DNA of 64,000 nucleotides. Source: an uncultured Bacilli bacterium (lineage in GTDB: Bacteria > Bacillota_I > Bacilli_A > RF39 > UBA660). The notes beneath the pieces are model-generated. The model saw only the letters and a list, made by a program, of their open reading frames with translations. It did not search any database and had not been told where the DNA came from. Shown here in pieces: positions 24,352-34,854 of this stretch (position 1 is its first letter; each line of letters opens with the position of its first letter). The position numbers were made by a program, and so were the translations under genes. The DNA is taken from positions 266-64,265 of the forward strand of contig CANRFG010000004.1 in the NCBI GenBank assembly GCA_947629815.1. Reading direction: 5' to 3'.

Positions 24352-25608
24352 ATGGGATTAATTAAAGCTTTAACAAGTTCAGTGTCTTCAGGACTTGGGG
24401 ATCAATTCAAAGAGTATGTTGAATGTCCTCAAATTGAAAATGATGTAATTATTCAAAGAGGAATGGTTAGACACGGAGAAGGAAACAAAAATTATTCAGA
24501 AGGAATAATATCAAATGGAAGTACAATCGCAGTTCCAGAAGGAATGGCTATGATGATTGTAGATAATGGTAAAATTGCAGAATTTTCTGCTGAGCCAGGT
24601 ACATATACTTGGGATACAAGTAGTGAACCTAGTGTATTTACAGGAGGTTTCTTTAAAGGTGTTGGAGAAACTATAAAGAACATAGGTAATCGTTTTACAT
24701 ATGGTGGTCAAACTGCAAAAGATCAAAGAGTATATTTTGTAAATACTAAAATTATACCAGGTAATACATTTGGTTCAACACAACCTGAAACAGTATTTGA
24801 CCCTGTATATGGAAGTGTAGAAATAACTTACAATGGAGAATATTCAATTAGAATTGCAGACCCTGTAATGTTAGTAAGTAATGTAATTGGTGCAAATCCA
24901 AAGGATACATTAACATTTGATGATATATTTGTTTCAACAGGACAAAATATATTAAAATCAAAATTTGCTCAAAAAGTAAGTGAAGCAATTTCTAATATTA
25001 TGACAATGCATAATGTATCATTCAATAGAATTCAAAATTATAAATCAGATATTACTGAACAAATGAATGAAATTCTTGATAGCGAATGGATGCAAAAATA
25101 TGGAATTAGAGTAGAAGATGTTGCCTTAAGAATAAATGCAACAGATGAAGCTAGAAAAATTATTCAAGAAATGGATTCAGAAATTGCTAAAACAACTCGT
25201 ATGGGTCAAGTTTATAGTAATAATATGGCTGGAACAATGGCAGCAGCGAGTGCAGAAGCTATGAAGAATGCTGCAGGAAATCCAAATGGTTCAATGATGG
25301 GATTCATGGGAATGGGATTCGCTCAACAACAAGGCGCTAATATGATGGGTGCAGTTTCAGGTATGCCACAAGGACAACCAGAAAATCCAAATGCAAATAA
25401 TATGAATAGTGAAATGCCACAACCAGGAACAATTTTTGGAACACCTAATCAAGCACAACCAACTTCAGAACAAGCACAACCTACTCAAGAAACTGCACCA
25501 CAAGTATCAGAACAGACACCTACACAAACAGCTAAAAAATTCTGTACAAATTGTGGAGCTGAAGCAGTAGGAGCTTATTGTGGAAATTGTGGTCAAAAAA
25601 TACAATAA
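24352..25608 (+). CDS. SPFH/virion-core-protein-like domain protein (YdjI-like) with Q/P/M-rich linker and C-terminal zinc ribbon
   Basis: Resembles B. subtilis YdjI (PspA-associated SPFH-like protein). C-terminal CTNCG...CGNCG. AGGAGG RBS. Confidence 0.6.
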   Translation: MGLIKALTSSVSSGLGDQFKEYVECPQIENDVIIQRGMVRHGEGNKNYSEGIISNGSTIAVPEGMAMMIVDNGKIAEFSAEPGTYTWDTSSEPSVFTGGFFKGVGETIKNIGNRFTYGGQTAKDQRVYFVNTKIIPGNTFGSTQPETVFDPVYGSVEITYNGEYSIRIADPVMLVSNVIGANPKDTLTFDDIFVSTGQNILKSKFAQKVSEAISNIMTMHNVSFNRIQNYKSDITEQMNEILDSEWMQKYGIRVEDVALRINATDEARKIIQEMDSEIAKTTRMGQVYSNNMAGTMAAASAEAMKNAAGNPNGSMMGFMGMGFAQQQGANMMGAVSGMPQGQPENPNANNMNSEMPQPGTIFGTPNQAQPTSEQAQPTQETAPQVSEQTPTQTAKKFCTNCGAEAVGAYCGNCGQKIQ

Positions 25609-25688
25609 ATAAATTTATAAATATTTAAAAAGAATGAGTTAATTCATTCTTTTTTATGTTACAATATTTGTATACAAAAGGTGATTTT

Positions 25689-28004
25689 ATGAAGCAATAT
25701 ATAAATACAGGTCTTACTGATAAAGAAATAAAAGAAAGAATCGATAAAAATTTAGTGAATTACGATACTTCTTTACCAACAAAATCAGTAAAAAAAATAA
25801 TATTTGATAATATATTTACGCTATTTAATATAATAAATTTGGTGTTAGGCCTATTAATATTTCTAACAGGTTCTTACAAAAACATGCTTTTTTTAGGAGT
25901 AATAGTATGTAATACATTAATAAGTACAATACAAGAAATTCGTTCAAAAAAAACAATAGATAAATTATCTTTACTTGCAGAAACGAAAGCAAAAGTTATT
26001 AGAAATAGTAAAGAAATTGAAATAGATATAAATGATATTGTAAAAGATGATTTAATATTATTAAAAATAGGAAATCAAATAATGGTTGATTCTACAATAT
26101 TAGATGGAAGTGTAGAAGTTAATGAGTCATGCATAACAGGAGAATCAGAACTTATATATAAACAAAAAGGAGATATGTTATTATCAGGTAGTTTTATAGT
26201 AAGTGGTAAATGCAAAGCTAAAGTAGAACATGTTGGAGTTGAAAACTATTCATCAAAAATATCCACAGGTGCAAAATATGTAAAAAAAGTAAATTCTGAA
26301 ATAATGAATTCACTTGAAAAAATAATAAAAATTATATCAATATTAATAATACCAATAGCAGTATTACTATTTATAAATCAATATTATTTGATAAATAATA
26401 ATTTAAATGATTCCATAATAAATACTGTTGCAGCACTTATTTCAATGATACCAGAAGGTCTTGTATTATTAACAAGTACAGTACTTGCAGTAAGTGTTGT
26501 AAGATTATCAAAATATAATGTTTTAGTTCAAGAACTTTATTGCATTGAGACACTTGCTAGAGTAGATGTTATATGCTTTGATAAAACAGGTACATTAACA
26601 GAAGGAAAAATGGAAGTATCACAATATATAAATTTATCTAAAACAGATGAAAAAAAATACATAAAAGAATTTTGCAATGTTTTAAATGACAATATAACTA
26701 TGAATGCCATAACAGAAAAATATGGCACTTCTAATAATTTTATAGTAGAAGAAATAGTTCCTTTTTCATCTGAGAAAAAATGGTCTGGTGTGACATTTAA
26801 AAATGAAGGTACTTATGTAATAGGTGCTCCAGAATTTATATTAAAAGATACATCAAAAATAGATGATTATTTAAATAAATATGCTAAAGAAAATAGGGTT
26901 TTACTATTTGCGCATTCTAAAAATAAATTTATAAATAAAAATTTACCAAATAATATAGAAGTACTTGGATTAATATTACTTAATGATAAAATTAGAAAAG
27001 AATCATTAAATACTATAAATTATTTTAAAAAACAAGGTGTAGAAGTTAAAATAATATCTGGTGATAATCCTGATACAGTAAGTAATGTTGCAAAAAAATT
27101 AGGGATAGATTTTAAATCATCTGTAGATATGAGCAAAATAAAAGATGATGAAATTAAAAATTATATAGATACATCAATATTTGGCAGAGTAACACCTAAT
27201 CAAAAACAAGAAATTATAAAACAATTAAAAACAAAATATACAGTTGCATATGTAGGTGATGGTGTTAATGATGTTTTAGCGCTTAAAGAATCAGATTGTA
27301 GTATATCACCGATAAATGGAAGTGATGCAGCAAGAACCGTTTCACAATTGGTTTTAATGGATTCTAATTTTGATTCAATGCCTATAATAGTTGATGAAGG
27401 TAGAAAAACAATAAACAATATAGAAAGGTCAGCAAGTTTATTTATTGTTAAAACAGTATATGCAACATTACTTGCAGTAATATTCATATTTGTTAAATTA
27501 AAATATCCATTTATACCAATTCAACTAACACTTACAAGTGCACTTACAATAGGAATACCTTCTTTTGTTTTAGCGCTCGAACCTAATTATGAAAAAATAA
27601 AAGGTAATTTCTTCATAAATATTTTTAGTGCTGCTATACCAACCGCACTTACAATAGTAATAAATATATTAATTGCTGTAATACTTGGTAGTATATTAAA
27701 ACTAACAGAGGAGCAAGTATCAACAATTACAGTCATACTTACAGGTTTTGTAGGATTTATGCATATTTATAGAATGTGTAAGCCACTTAATACATTAAGG
27801 GCTTTACTATTGAGTGTACTTATAATTATATTTGTTGTAGGTATAGTTGGATTAAGAACACTTTTCTCACTTGCTTTTATTACTCCAAAATTATTAATAC
27901 TTACACTTATACTAATGTTAAATACTCTTTTGATATTTGTTTTTATGACAAATCTATTTTATAAATATATATATAAATTTATTAAAAGGATAAGTGAAAA
28001 ATAA
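25689..28004 (+). CDS. Cation-transporting P-type ATPase
   Basis: TGES (CITGESE), DKTGTLT and GDGVNDVLAL motifs. About 10 TMs. ATG 25689 after AAGGTG. Confidence 0.8.
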   Translation: MKQYINTGLTDKEIKERIDKNLVNYDTSLPTKSVKKIIFDNIFTLFNIINLVLGLLIFLTGSYKNMLFLGVIVCNTLISTIQEIRSKKTIDKLSLLAETKAKVIRNSKEIEIDINDIVKDDLILLKIGNQIMVDSTILDGSVEVNESCITGESELIYKQKGDMLLSGSFIVSGKCKAKVEHVGVENYSSKISTGAKYVKKVNSEIMNSLEKIIKIISILIIPIAVLLFINQYYLINNNLNDSIINTVAALISMIPEGLVLLTSTVLAVSVVRLSKYNVLVQELYCIETLARVDVICFDKTGTLTEGKMEVSQYINLSKTDEKKYIKEFCNVLNDNITMNAITEKYGTSNNFIVEEIVPFSSEKKWSGVTFKNEGTYVIGAPEFILKDTSKIDDYLNKYAKENRVLLFAHSKNKFINKNLPNNIEVLGLILLNDKIRKESLNTINYFKKQGVEVKIISGDNPDTVSNVAKKLGIDFKSSVDMSKIKDDEIKNYIDTSIFGRVTPNQKQEIIKQLKTKYTVAYVGDGVNDVLALKESDCSISPINGSDAARTVSQLVLMDSNFDSMPIIVDEGRKTINNIERSASLFIVKTVYATLLAVIFIFVKLKYPFIPIQLTLTSALTIGIPSFVLALEPNYEKIKGNFFINIFSAAIPTALTIVINILIAVILGSILKLTEEQVSTITVILTGFVGFMHIYRMCKPLNTLRALLLSVLIIIFVVGIVGLRTLFSLAFITPKLLILTLILMLNTLLIFVFMTNLFYKYIYKFIKRISEK

Positions 28005-28636
28005 TGAAATTTGAACTTGATGGTAAAGAATATGATGTCATAATACAAAAGAAAAACAACAAAAATACATATATAAGAGTTAAAGATGATTTAAAAATAT
28101 ATGTTACAACTTCATATTTTGTAAGTAAGCAATATATATTTAGATTATTAGATGAAAATAAAGACTATTTAAGAAAAGTAATTTCTAAAAAAGAAGAAAA
28201 AAAAGAAAATACATTATATAATTATTTAGGTAATAGTTATCAAGTTATAACTTGTAATTTATTTGATAAAATAGAATTTGATAATGATAAAATATATATA
28301 CCAAATTATAAAGAATTAGAAAAATTTATAAAAAATAAAATTAATACATTATTTAAAGAAAGATTAGACTATAATTATAATTTATTTATAGAAAATATAC
28401 CTTATCCAAAATTAAAAATAAGAAGTATGAAAACAAGGTGGGGTGTTTGTAATATAAAAGATAATTCTGTTACACTAAATTCAAAATTAATAGAATATGA
28501 CATAGAAGCATTAGATTATGTAATAGTACATGAATTATCGCATTTTATACATTTTAATCATTCAAAAGAATTTTGGCTTTTAGTAAGTAAATATAAACCT
28601 AATTATAAACAAATAAGAAAATATTTAAGAGATTAG
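28004..28636 (+). CDS. YgjP-like (DUF45/M48-family) metal-dependent hydrolase
   Basis: HExxH in VIVHELSHFIHFNHSKEFW. Confidence 0.7.
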   Translation: MKFELDGKEYDVIIQKKNNKNTYIRVKDDLKIYVTTSYFVSKQYIFRLLDENKDYLRKVISKKEEKKENTLYNYLGNSYQVITCNLFDKIEFDNDKIYIPNYKELEKFIKNKINTLFKERLDYNYNLFIENIPYPKLKIRSMKTRWGVCNIKDNSVTLNSKLIEYDIEALDYVIVHELSHFIHFNHSKEFWLLVSKYKPNYKQIRKYLRD

Positions 28637-28646
28637 TAGGTGTAGT

Positions 28647-29597
28647 ATGAATCATTTAATTTCAATAATTGTTCCAATTTATAATACTGAAAAATATTTA
28701 AAAAAATGTATTGAGAGTATATTGCATCAAACATATAAAAATATAGAATTAATATTAGTTGATGATAATTCGACTGATAGCAGTTTAGATATATGTAATA
28801 AATACTTAAAAGATAAAAGAGTAAATGTTTTTCATATAAAAAAAAGTGGTGTATCAAATACAAGAAATTATGGTTTAAAACAAGCTAAAGGAGATTTTAT
28901 AACATTTGTAGATTCAGATGATTATATAGATAAAGATTATATAAAGATTTTATATGATAATATTTTATATAGTAATTCTGATGTAAGTATTTGTAATTAT
29001 AATAATATTTATAAAAATAAAGTAGAAAAATTTTGTAAAAAAAATATAAAATTTGAAAATGAAGGTAATTGTTTAAATTTATTGTTAGAACATAAATATT
29101 TTAAAGGACAAGTATGGGGTAAGTTATATAAAAAAAGTATAATAGAAAATATAAAATTTTCATCTGATTTAGATTATTATGAAGATTTATTATTTAATTT
29201 TGAAGTTTTTAAAAAAGTTAATAAAGTAATTTATGATTCGACCCCACTTTATAATTATTTATATAAAGAAAATAGTTATAATTATAATAAATTAATGTTT
29301 ATAGATGTTTGTGGTGAATTTGAAAAATATTATATAGAAAAAAATTATAATCTAAGTGTTGTATATAGTTTAATAGATTACTTTTATATATGTAATATAA
29401 ATTCAATGTCAATTAATTTTAATAAAAATAATATAGATAAATATAAGTTATTAGTAAAACATATTAGAAATAATATATTAAGAATAATATTTAAAGATAA
29501 GATGAATTTTAAATATAAAATTGCTGCATCTATAATATTTATAAATAAAAATTTATATATAAAATTGTCAAAATATATAAATAAGGATAAGGTGTAA
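28647..29597 (+). CDS. Family 2 glycosyltransferase
   Basis: ISIIVPIYNTEKYLKKCIESILHQTY and DDNSTDSS. DXD motif FVDSDD. Confidence 0.8.
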   Translation: MNHLISIIVPIYNTEKYLKKCIESILHQTYKNIELILVDDNSTDSSLDICNKYLKDKRVNVFHIKKSGVSNTRNYGLKQAKGDFITFVDSDDYIDKDYIKILYDNILYSNSDVSICNYNNIYKNKVEKFCKKNIKFENEGNCLNLLLEHKYFKGQVWGKLYKKSIIENIKFSSDLDYYEDLLFNFEVFKKVNKVIYDSTPLYNYLYKENSYNYNKLMFIDVCGEFEKYYIEKNYNLSVVYSLIDYFYICNINSMSINFNKNNIDKYKLLVKHIRNNILRIIFKDKMNFKYKIAASIIFINKNLYIKLSKYINKDKV

Positions 29598-29598
29598 T

Positions 29599-30969
29599 AT
29601 GAAAAATTTAAAGGAAAAATTAAAAAAAATTGATTATAAATTTTTAATAATTAATTTAATAATAATAGTTTCATATGTATTAATTTTAAGTGCTTTTGGA
29701 TTACATGGACATGATGATGAATTTGCGTATACTTATTATTCAAATCCAGCTATATCATTTATAGGTAAAATAAAACAAATTCTAGGTAGAAGTATAAATT
29801 GGAATCTTAGAATAGGAGAATTATTATATTTTACATTTGGAGCTTTTCCACTTTGGGTTTCATATATAATGCATTCTATTATTATGATAACTTTTTTGAA
29901 TTTAGTTGTTTACTATGCTTTAGGCTATGATAAATATAAAAAAAGTAATATTAAAAATATTTTACTTATAGTAACTTTTTTAATATTTATGTTAGTTAAT
30001 CCAATAATATCTGAGGTGTTTTTTTGGACAGGTGGAATATTTAATCATTTATTTTCTATTGTCATAATATTGCTTGTTGGTATTCCTTTTAGAAATCTAA
30101 TGGATAATTATGATAATCTAAATTGTTTTAATAAAAAATATATTTTATATTTAATATTCTGTTTTTTAGCTAGTTTTAATGTTGAATCTACGGTAGCAAC
30201 TTTAATAGTTGGTTTATTTGTTATAAATCTAGTGCTGCTCATTAAAAATAAAAAAATTGATATTTTAAAATTACTTCCATTAATTGTGTTATGTATTGGT
30301 TTTTTAATGCTTTTATTGTTATCTAAAAATCGTGTTATTGCCCAATCGATGAATAGTTATAATGTTTATACTAAAGAAAATATGTTTTCATTATTTATGG
30401 CTAATAGGTTATTACAAATAATTATGCTTGTGGCTATGACTTTGTTATATTTTATAGTATTCAAATTGAATAATATAAATCAATACAAGAAAAGACTTTA
30501 CATTTTACTTGTTTCTTTTTCATCCTTTATAGCTATGATGTTTTCTCCATATTATGTCGATAGGGGTGTTCTAATACTAGATGTTGGAATTGTTATATAT
30601 GTAATATATATTTTATATAAAATTATTGATAAAATAAAAAACAAATTTGTATTTGTACCTATATATATTTTACTTACTATAGTAATAATTTTTGTAACTT
30701 ATAATTATAGACAATTATTTATAGATTATAATGAGTTTGACAAAATAAGAGATTCATACATAAGAGAACAAATAAAAGAAGGAAAAGAGTTCATCTTTTA
30801 TACCTATGATAATAAATATAATATTAAACTTATATATAAATTTAGTGAAAGGTTAATAAATATCATTGATGGTAATTCTTCAACTACGGGGGCAATCGAG
30901 TTTAAGTATGGTTATAAAGGTAATTACTATACAGAATGGGATAAAAATAATATAATTTTAAGAAAATAA
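29599..30969 (+). CDS. Polytopic membrane protein (putative polysaccharide polymerase/GT-C-like)
   Basis: About 12 predicted TMs. Sits between GT2 and lipoprotein genes. No diagnostic motif recognised. Confidence 0.45.
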   Translation: MKNLKEKLKKIDYKFLIINLIIIVSYVLILSAFGLHGHDDEFAYTYYSNPAISFIGKIKQILGRSINWNLRIGELLYFTFGAFPLWVSYIMHSIIMITFLNLVVYYALGYDKYKKSNIKNILLIVTFLIFMLVNPIISEVFFWTGGIFNHLFSIVIILLVGIPFRNLMDNYDNLNCFNKKYILYLIFCFLASFNVESTVATLIVGLFVINLVLLIKNKKIDILKLLPLIVLCIGFLMLLLLSKNRVIAQSMNSYNVYTKENMFSLFMANRLLQIIMLVAMTLLYFIVFKLNNINQYKKRLYILLVSFSSFIAMMFSPYYVDRGVLILDVGIVIYVIYILYKIIDKIKNKFVFVPIYILLTIVIIFVTYNYRQLFIDYNEFDKIRDSYIREQIKEGKEFIFYTYDNKYNIKLIYKFSERLINIIDGNSSTTGAIEFKYGYKGNYYTEWDKNNIILRK

Positions 30970-31023
30970 GTTGATGTTTTTTTATAAATATGATAGTATG
31001 TTTTCTAGAATAGGAGTAGATGT

Positions 31024-32316
31024 ATGAAATATTTAAAAAAATTTTTTGTGTTGTTTTTTGTTGCAATATTTATTTGTGGTTGTAGTATTAAAACAGAAGT
31101 TTCAATGAATATAAAAAATGATAAGTCTATGGATTTCTCTTATTTAATAGCTTTAGATGATGAGTTGATTAATGCTGCAATGTCTATGCAAAATAGTATC
31201 GGAACTGAAGACTCAGAAAATAATGAAGTTAAAGAGTATACAGAAGAAGAAAAATGGAAATTTATTGAAGATGAAATTTCTGAACAATATAGTACTCAAG
31301 GTTTTCAGAAAGAAAAATATGAGCAAGATGGATATAGAGGATTTAGATTTACTAAGAAAATATCTAATATAGATTATATATCAGGTGATGAAATTAATTT
31401 TAATTTTTCTGATTTTTCAAATATTGACAAATCAATAGTTTTTATAAAAGATGGCGATACATATACTGCAAAGTTTTCTTCAGCAGGAATTGTTAATGAA
31501 AATTCACAAGACTTGGATGGAAGTTCACAGCCTTTAGATGAAAATTCACAGGATTTTGGCGAAGGTACTCAGGATATGCCTAGTATTAAATATGATACAA
31601 AATTTATAGTAACTTTACCAAATAAATCAATAAGTAATAATGCAGATGAAGTATCTAAAGATGGAAAAACTTTAATATGGGATTTATCTAGTTCTGAAGA
31701 TAAAGACCTAAATTTTTCATTTAAGTTTTCAGGAATAAGTATGGATACTATCGTGTACATAGTACTTGGTGTATTAATTATAGGTATATCAATTGGAATT
31801 TTATTTGTTATCAAAAAAGGAAAACATAATAAATCTAATCTTAATAAATCTAATAATGTCAATGACCAAAATTTTGATAATAATATAAATGAGATACAAG
31901 GGATTCAAAATCAACAAGTAAATATGATGAATCAAACACCAATCATGCCAGAGCAACAAATAAATACGATGAATCAAACACCAATTATGCCAGACCAACA
32001 ACTAAATATAATGAATCAAACACCAATTATGCCAGACCAACAAGTAAATATGATGAATCAAACACCAACTATGCCAAATCAACAAGTAAATATGATGAAT
32101 CAAACACCAATCATGCCAGACCAACAAATAAATATGATGAATCAAACACCAATCATGCCAGACCAACAAATAAATGCGATGAATCAACCAAATACACCAC
32201 AAGAACAACCATTTGATGTTAATGCAATGATAGAACAATCGCTTAATTTAAATAACACACAAAATAACTTAAATGATAGTTCAAATAACCAATCTAATGA
32301 TTCTATAAATATGTAA
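31024..32316 (+). CDS. Lipoprotein with internal TM and Q/N/M-rich tandem-repeat C-terminus
   Basis: Lipobox FICGCS. Six to seven 14-aa repeats QQ(V/I)NMMNQTPIMPD. Confidence 0.6.
   Translation: MKYLKKFFVLFFVAIFICGCSIKTEVSMNIKNDKSMDFSYLIALDDELINAAMSMQNSIGTEDSENNEVKEYTEEEKWKFIEDEISEQYSTQGFQKEKYEQDGYRGFRFTKKISNIDYISGDEINFNFSDFSNIDKSIVFIKDGDTYTAKFSSAGIVNENSQDLDGSSQPLDENSQDFGEGTQDMPSIKYDTKFIVTLPNKSISNNADEVSKDGKTLIWDLSSSEDKDLNFSFKFSGISMDTIVYIVLGVLIIGISIGILFVIKKGKHNKSNLNKSNNVNDQNFDNNINEIQGIQNQQVNMMNQTPIMPEQQINTMNQTPIMPDQQLNIMNQTPIMPDQQVNMMNQTPTMPNQQVNMMNQTPIMPDQQINMMNQTPIMPDQQINAMNQPNTPQEQPFDVNAMIEQSLNLNNTQNNLNDSSNNQSNDSINM
31911..32200 (+). repeat. 42-bp in-frame tandem repeats (~7 copies) inside the lipoprotein gene
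   Basis: caacaa(g/a)taaatatgatgaatcaaacaccaatcatgccagac units with point variants. Confidence 0.85.
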
Positions 32317-32390
32317 TTTTAAAAGGAGTTTAATTACTTCTTTTTTTCATAAAATAAAATATTTTTTCATATAATTAAGTGGGTGATTTT

Positions 32391-33158
32391 ATGGATTTTG
32401 AAATAGGTGATTTAGTAACAAGAAATTCTCATGGCAATGATTTAATATTTACAATTACAGATATAATTGATGACATATATTATTTAAAAGGATTAAATAT
32501 TAGACTTATAGCTGATGCAGAAAAAGAAGATTTAAAATTATATGAAGATGGAGATATTGAGGAAGAACAAGAATTTTTAGATAGAATAAAACCAATTAAT
32601 GATTTAGATAGAAGTGATTACTTTTATCTCCCAGGTAAAATACTTCATATAGATGGAGATAAAGAATATTTAGATAGATGTTTAAAATATTATGAAGAAG
32701 CAAATATTTGGGCAATGGGAATAAATGAAACAGAAGAAAATATTCCTTTTAAAATAAGAGAACTATTAGAAGAATATAGACCAAATATAGTAATAATAAC
32801 AGGTCACGATGCTTACTATAAAAACAGAAATGGAGAATATAAAAATAGTGATAATTTTGTGAATGCAGTAAAAGAAGCAAGAAAATATGAAAAAGAGCAT
32901 GATAAATTAATAATAATTGCAGGTGCATGCCAATCAAATTATGAAGAATTAATAAGAGCAGGCGCTAATTTCGCATCAAGCCCAAAAAGAATAAATATAC
33001 ATGCACTAGACCCTGCAATAATTGCTACTAAGATAAGTTTAACAGATGTAAATAAAGAGATAGATGTAAAAGCAATAATAAAAGAAACAAAATATGGTGA
33101 ATCTGGAGTAGGTGGAATAATTACAAAAGGTACCATGTATGTTGGTTATCCTAGATAG
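32391..33158 (+). CDS. yabG: Sporulation-specific protease YabG
   Basis: Extensive identity to B. subtilis YabG (ITGHDAY, IIAGACQS..ELIRAGANFASSP.RINIHALDP). Confidence 0.85.
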   Translation: MDFEIGDLVTRNSHGNDLIFTITDIIDDIYYLKGLNIRLIADAEKEDLKLYEDGDIEEEQEFLDRIKPINDLDRSDYFYLPGKILHIDGDKEYLDRCLKYYEEANIWAMGINETEENIPFKIRELLEEYRPNIVIITGHDAYYKNRNGEYKNSDNFVNAVKEARKYEKEHDKLIIIAGACQSNYEELIRAGANFASSPKRINIHALDPAIIATKISLTDVNKEIDVKAIIKETKYGESGVGGIITKGTMYVGYPR

Positions 33159-33166
33159 GAGATAAA

Positions 33167-33388
33167 ATGAAATTAGAAGAAATTAAGATGAAGCTTAATG
33201 AATATGTTGGAAAAAAAGTTACAATAAAATATAATTTAGGTAGAAATAAATTTGAAGAATACGAAGCAAAAATAAAAGAATTATATAACAATGTCTTTTT
33301 AGTTGAACTTGATAATAAAGAAAATAAAGAAATAAAGTCTTTCTCATATACAGATATAATAACAAAAACAATAAAAATAAATTATTAG
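33167..33388 (+). CDS. veg: Veg protein
   Basis: Matches Veg (VFLVELDNKENKEIKSFSYTDII vs [24 protein letters not shown]). AGGAGA RBS. Confidence 0.8.
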   Translation: MKLEEIKMKLNEYVGKKVTIKYNLGRNKFEEYEAKIKELYNNVFLVELDNKENKEIKSFSYTDIITKTIKINY

Positions 33389-33505
33389 TGCAAAATAATG
33401 TAAAATAATGGAAAAATGTATTGATTTTTAATGTTTCATATTATATAATCAAATTGTAACATATGAACAATGTAAATTTTGCATTGACTGAAGGGAGAGA
33501 TTTGC

Positions 33506-33763
33506 TTGAAAATTACATCTGTAAATGTTCGTAAAGTTGAAAAAGAAGATTCAAGAATGAAAGGAATAGCATCTGTTTTAATAGATGATTGTTTTGCAGT
33601 TCATGATATTAGAATCATTGAAGGAGATAATGGATTATTTATCGCAATGCCTAGTCGTAAAACTGCAACAGGTGGTTATAGAGATATAGCGCATCCAATT
33701 AATCAAGAAGTAAGAACTCTATTTGAACAAGAAATTCTAAAAGCATATAACGAAGCAGAATAA
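33506..33763 (+). CDS. spoVG: Septation/sporulation regulator SpoVG
   Basis: RMKGIASVLIDDCFAVHDIRIIEGDNGLFIAMPSRKT...RDIAHPIN is near-identical to SpoVG. TTG start after AGGGAGAGA. Confidence 0.9.
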   Translation: MKITSVNVRKVEKEDSRMKGIASVLIDDCFAVHDIRIIEGDNGLFIAMPSRKTATGGYRDIAHPINQEVRTLFEQEILKAYNEAE

Positions 33764-33827
33764 ACTCTTATAGAGTTTTTTTCATATATATTTTTTTTCT
33801 TCATATAATTTTATAGGAGGAAATTAT

Positions 33828-34112
33828 ATGGACAAGGATAATATATCATTAAATCATAGTATAGTAATTAACGAAAGAAAAAATATAAGTATAACAGGAG
33901 TAAAAAAAATTGACAATTTCGATAATGAAGAATTTTTAATGGAAACAAATATGGGATATGTAGTAATAAAAGGTGAGGATTTAGAAATATTAAAATTAGA
34001 CACATATCAAGGTAATGTAATGATAAAAGGAAAAATAAATAGTTTAGCGTATGTAGAAGGAACAAGTAAAAAAAATAAAGAAGATGGAATCTTCAATAAA
34101 TTATTCAAATAA
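33828..34112 (+). CDS. yabP: Sporulation protein YabP
   Basis: Matches YabP (ITGVKKIDNFDNEEFLMETNMGYVVIKGEDLEILKLD). AGGAGG RBS. Confidence 0.8.
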   Translation: MDKDNISLNHSIVINERKNISITGVKKIDNFDNEEFLMETNMGYVVIKGEDLEILKLDTYQGNVMIKGKINSLAYVEGTSKKNKEDGIFNKLFK

Positions 34113-34396
34113 TGGATATTAATACACAATTTGTAACAATTGGGATTTCCTTTCTATTTGGTATAATATTTTCATTACAATTATCTTTAACTTATAAATT
34201 TATATATTCAGATAAAAAAATATACAAGATTATCTTTACTTTTTTATTAGTATTAGTAAACACATTATTATATTTCATATTACTTAAAAAATTTAATAAT
34301 GGCATTCTACACCCATATGGTATACTTTTTATAATAGTAGGTTTTATTGTAGAAATATTTGTAAAAACATTGGTTGTAAAAAAATTACATAAATGA
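34112..34396 (+). CDS. yabQ: Spore cortex biogenesis membrane protein YabQ
   Basis: Small 3-TM protein immediately after yabP with overlapping start, as in Bacillus. Confidence 0.6.
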   Translation: MDINTQFVTIGISFLFGIIFSLQLSLTYKFIYSDKKIYKIIFTFLLVLVNTLLYFILLKKFNNGILHPYGILFIIVGFIVEIFVKTLVVKKLHK

Positions 34397-34425
34397 TATA
34401 ATTTATCATAAGGTAGGTGTGTTTG

Positions 34426-34845
34426 ATGGTAAAAAGAAAAGTTTCAAAAAAATCAAAAAGACGATTAGTTATTTTTGGCATACCTTCTTTAATTATAATT
34501 GCATATGCAATATCAACAACTATATATTATAGTGTTAATTTATTTAAAGTAAAAAATGAAAATAAAGCTTTAGAAACAGAGTTGAAACAATTACAAAATG
34601 ATGAAGAAAATTTAAGAATACAAATTCAAAAATTAAAAGACCCAGAATATGTCGCTAGATATGCAAGAGAAAATTATTTATATTCAAAAGATGGAGAATA
34701 TATAATAAAATTAGATTCAAAAAAAGAAGATGAAAAAGAAGTAGAAGAACAAGAAAATAATTATATTTACTATGCAATTATCGGTGTATGTGTAGTTGCA
34801 ATATTAGTTGTAATAATACCTAAAAAAAATAAACCTGTGGAATAA
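34426..34845 (+). CDS. divIC: Septum formation initiator DivIC/FtsB family
   Basis: TM plus coiled coil plus DPEYVARYARENYLYSKDGEYIIKL. ATG 34426 after AGGTAGGTG. Confidence 0.7.
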   Translation: MVKRKVSKKSKRRLVIFGIPSLIIIAYAISTTIYYSVNLFKVKNENKALETELKQLQNDEENLRIQIQKLKDPEYVARYARENYLYSKDGEYIIKLDSKKEDEKEVEEQENNYIYYAIIGVCVVAILVVIIPKKNKPVE

Positions 34846-34854
34846 TCACAGGTT

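Noticed and set aside
31911-32200. Regular short repeats, considered as a CRISPR array
   Set aside because: The repeats are contiguous with no spacers. They are in-frame coding, and no cas genes are present.
31801-32238. Antisense ORFs with CLIHHIYLL repeats
   Set aside because: Reverse-complement artefact of the 42-bp coding repeats in the lipoprotein gene.
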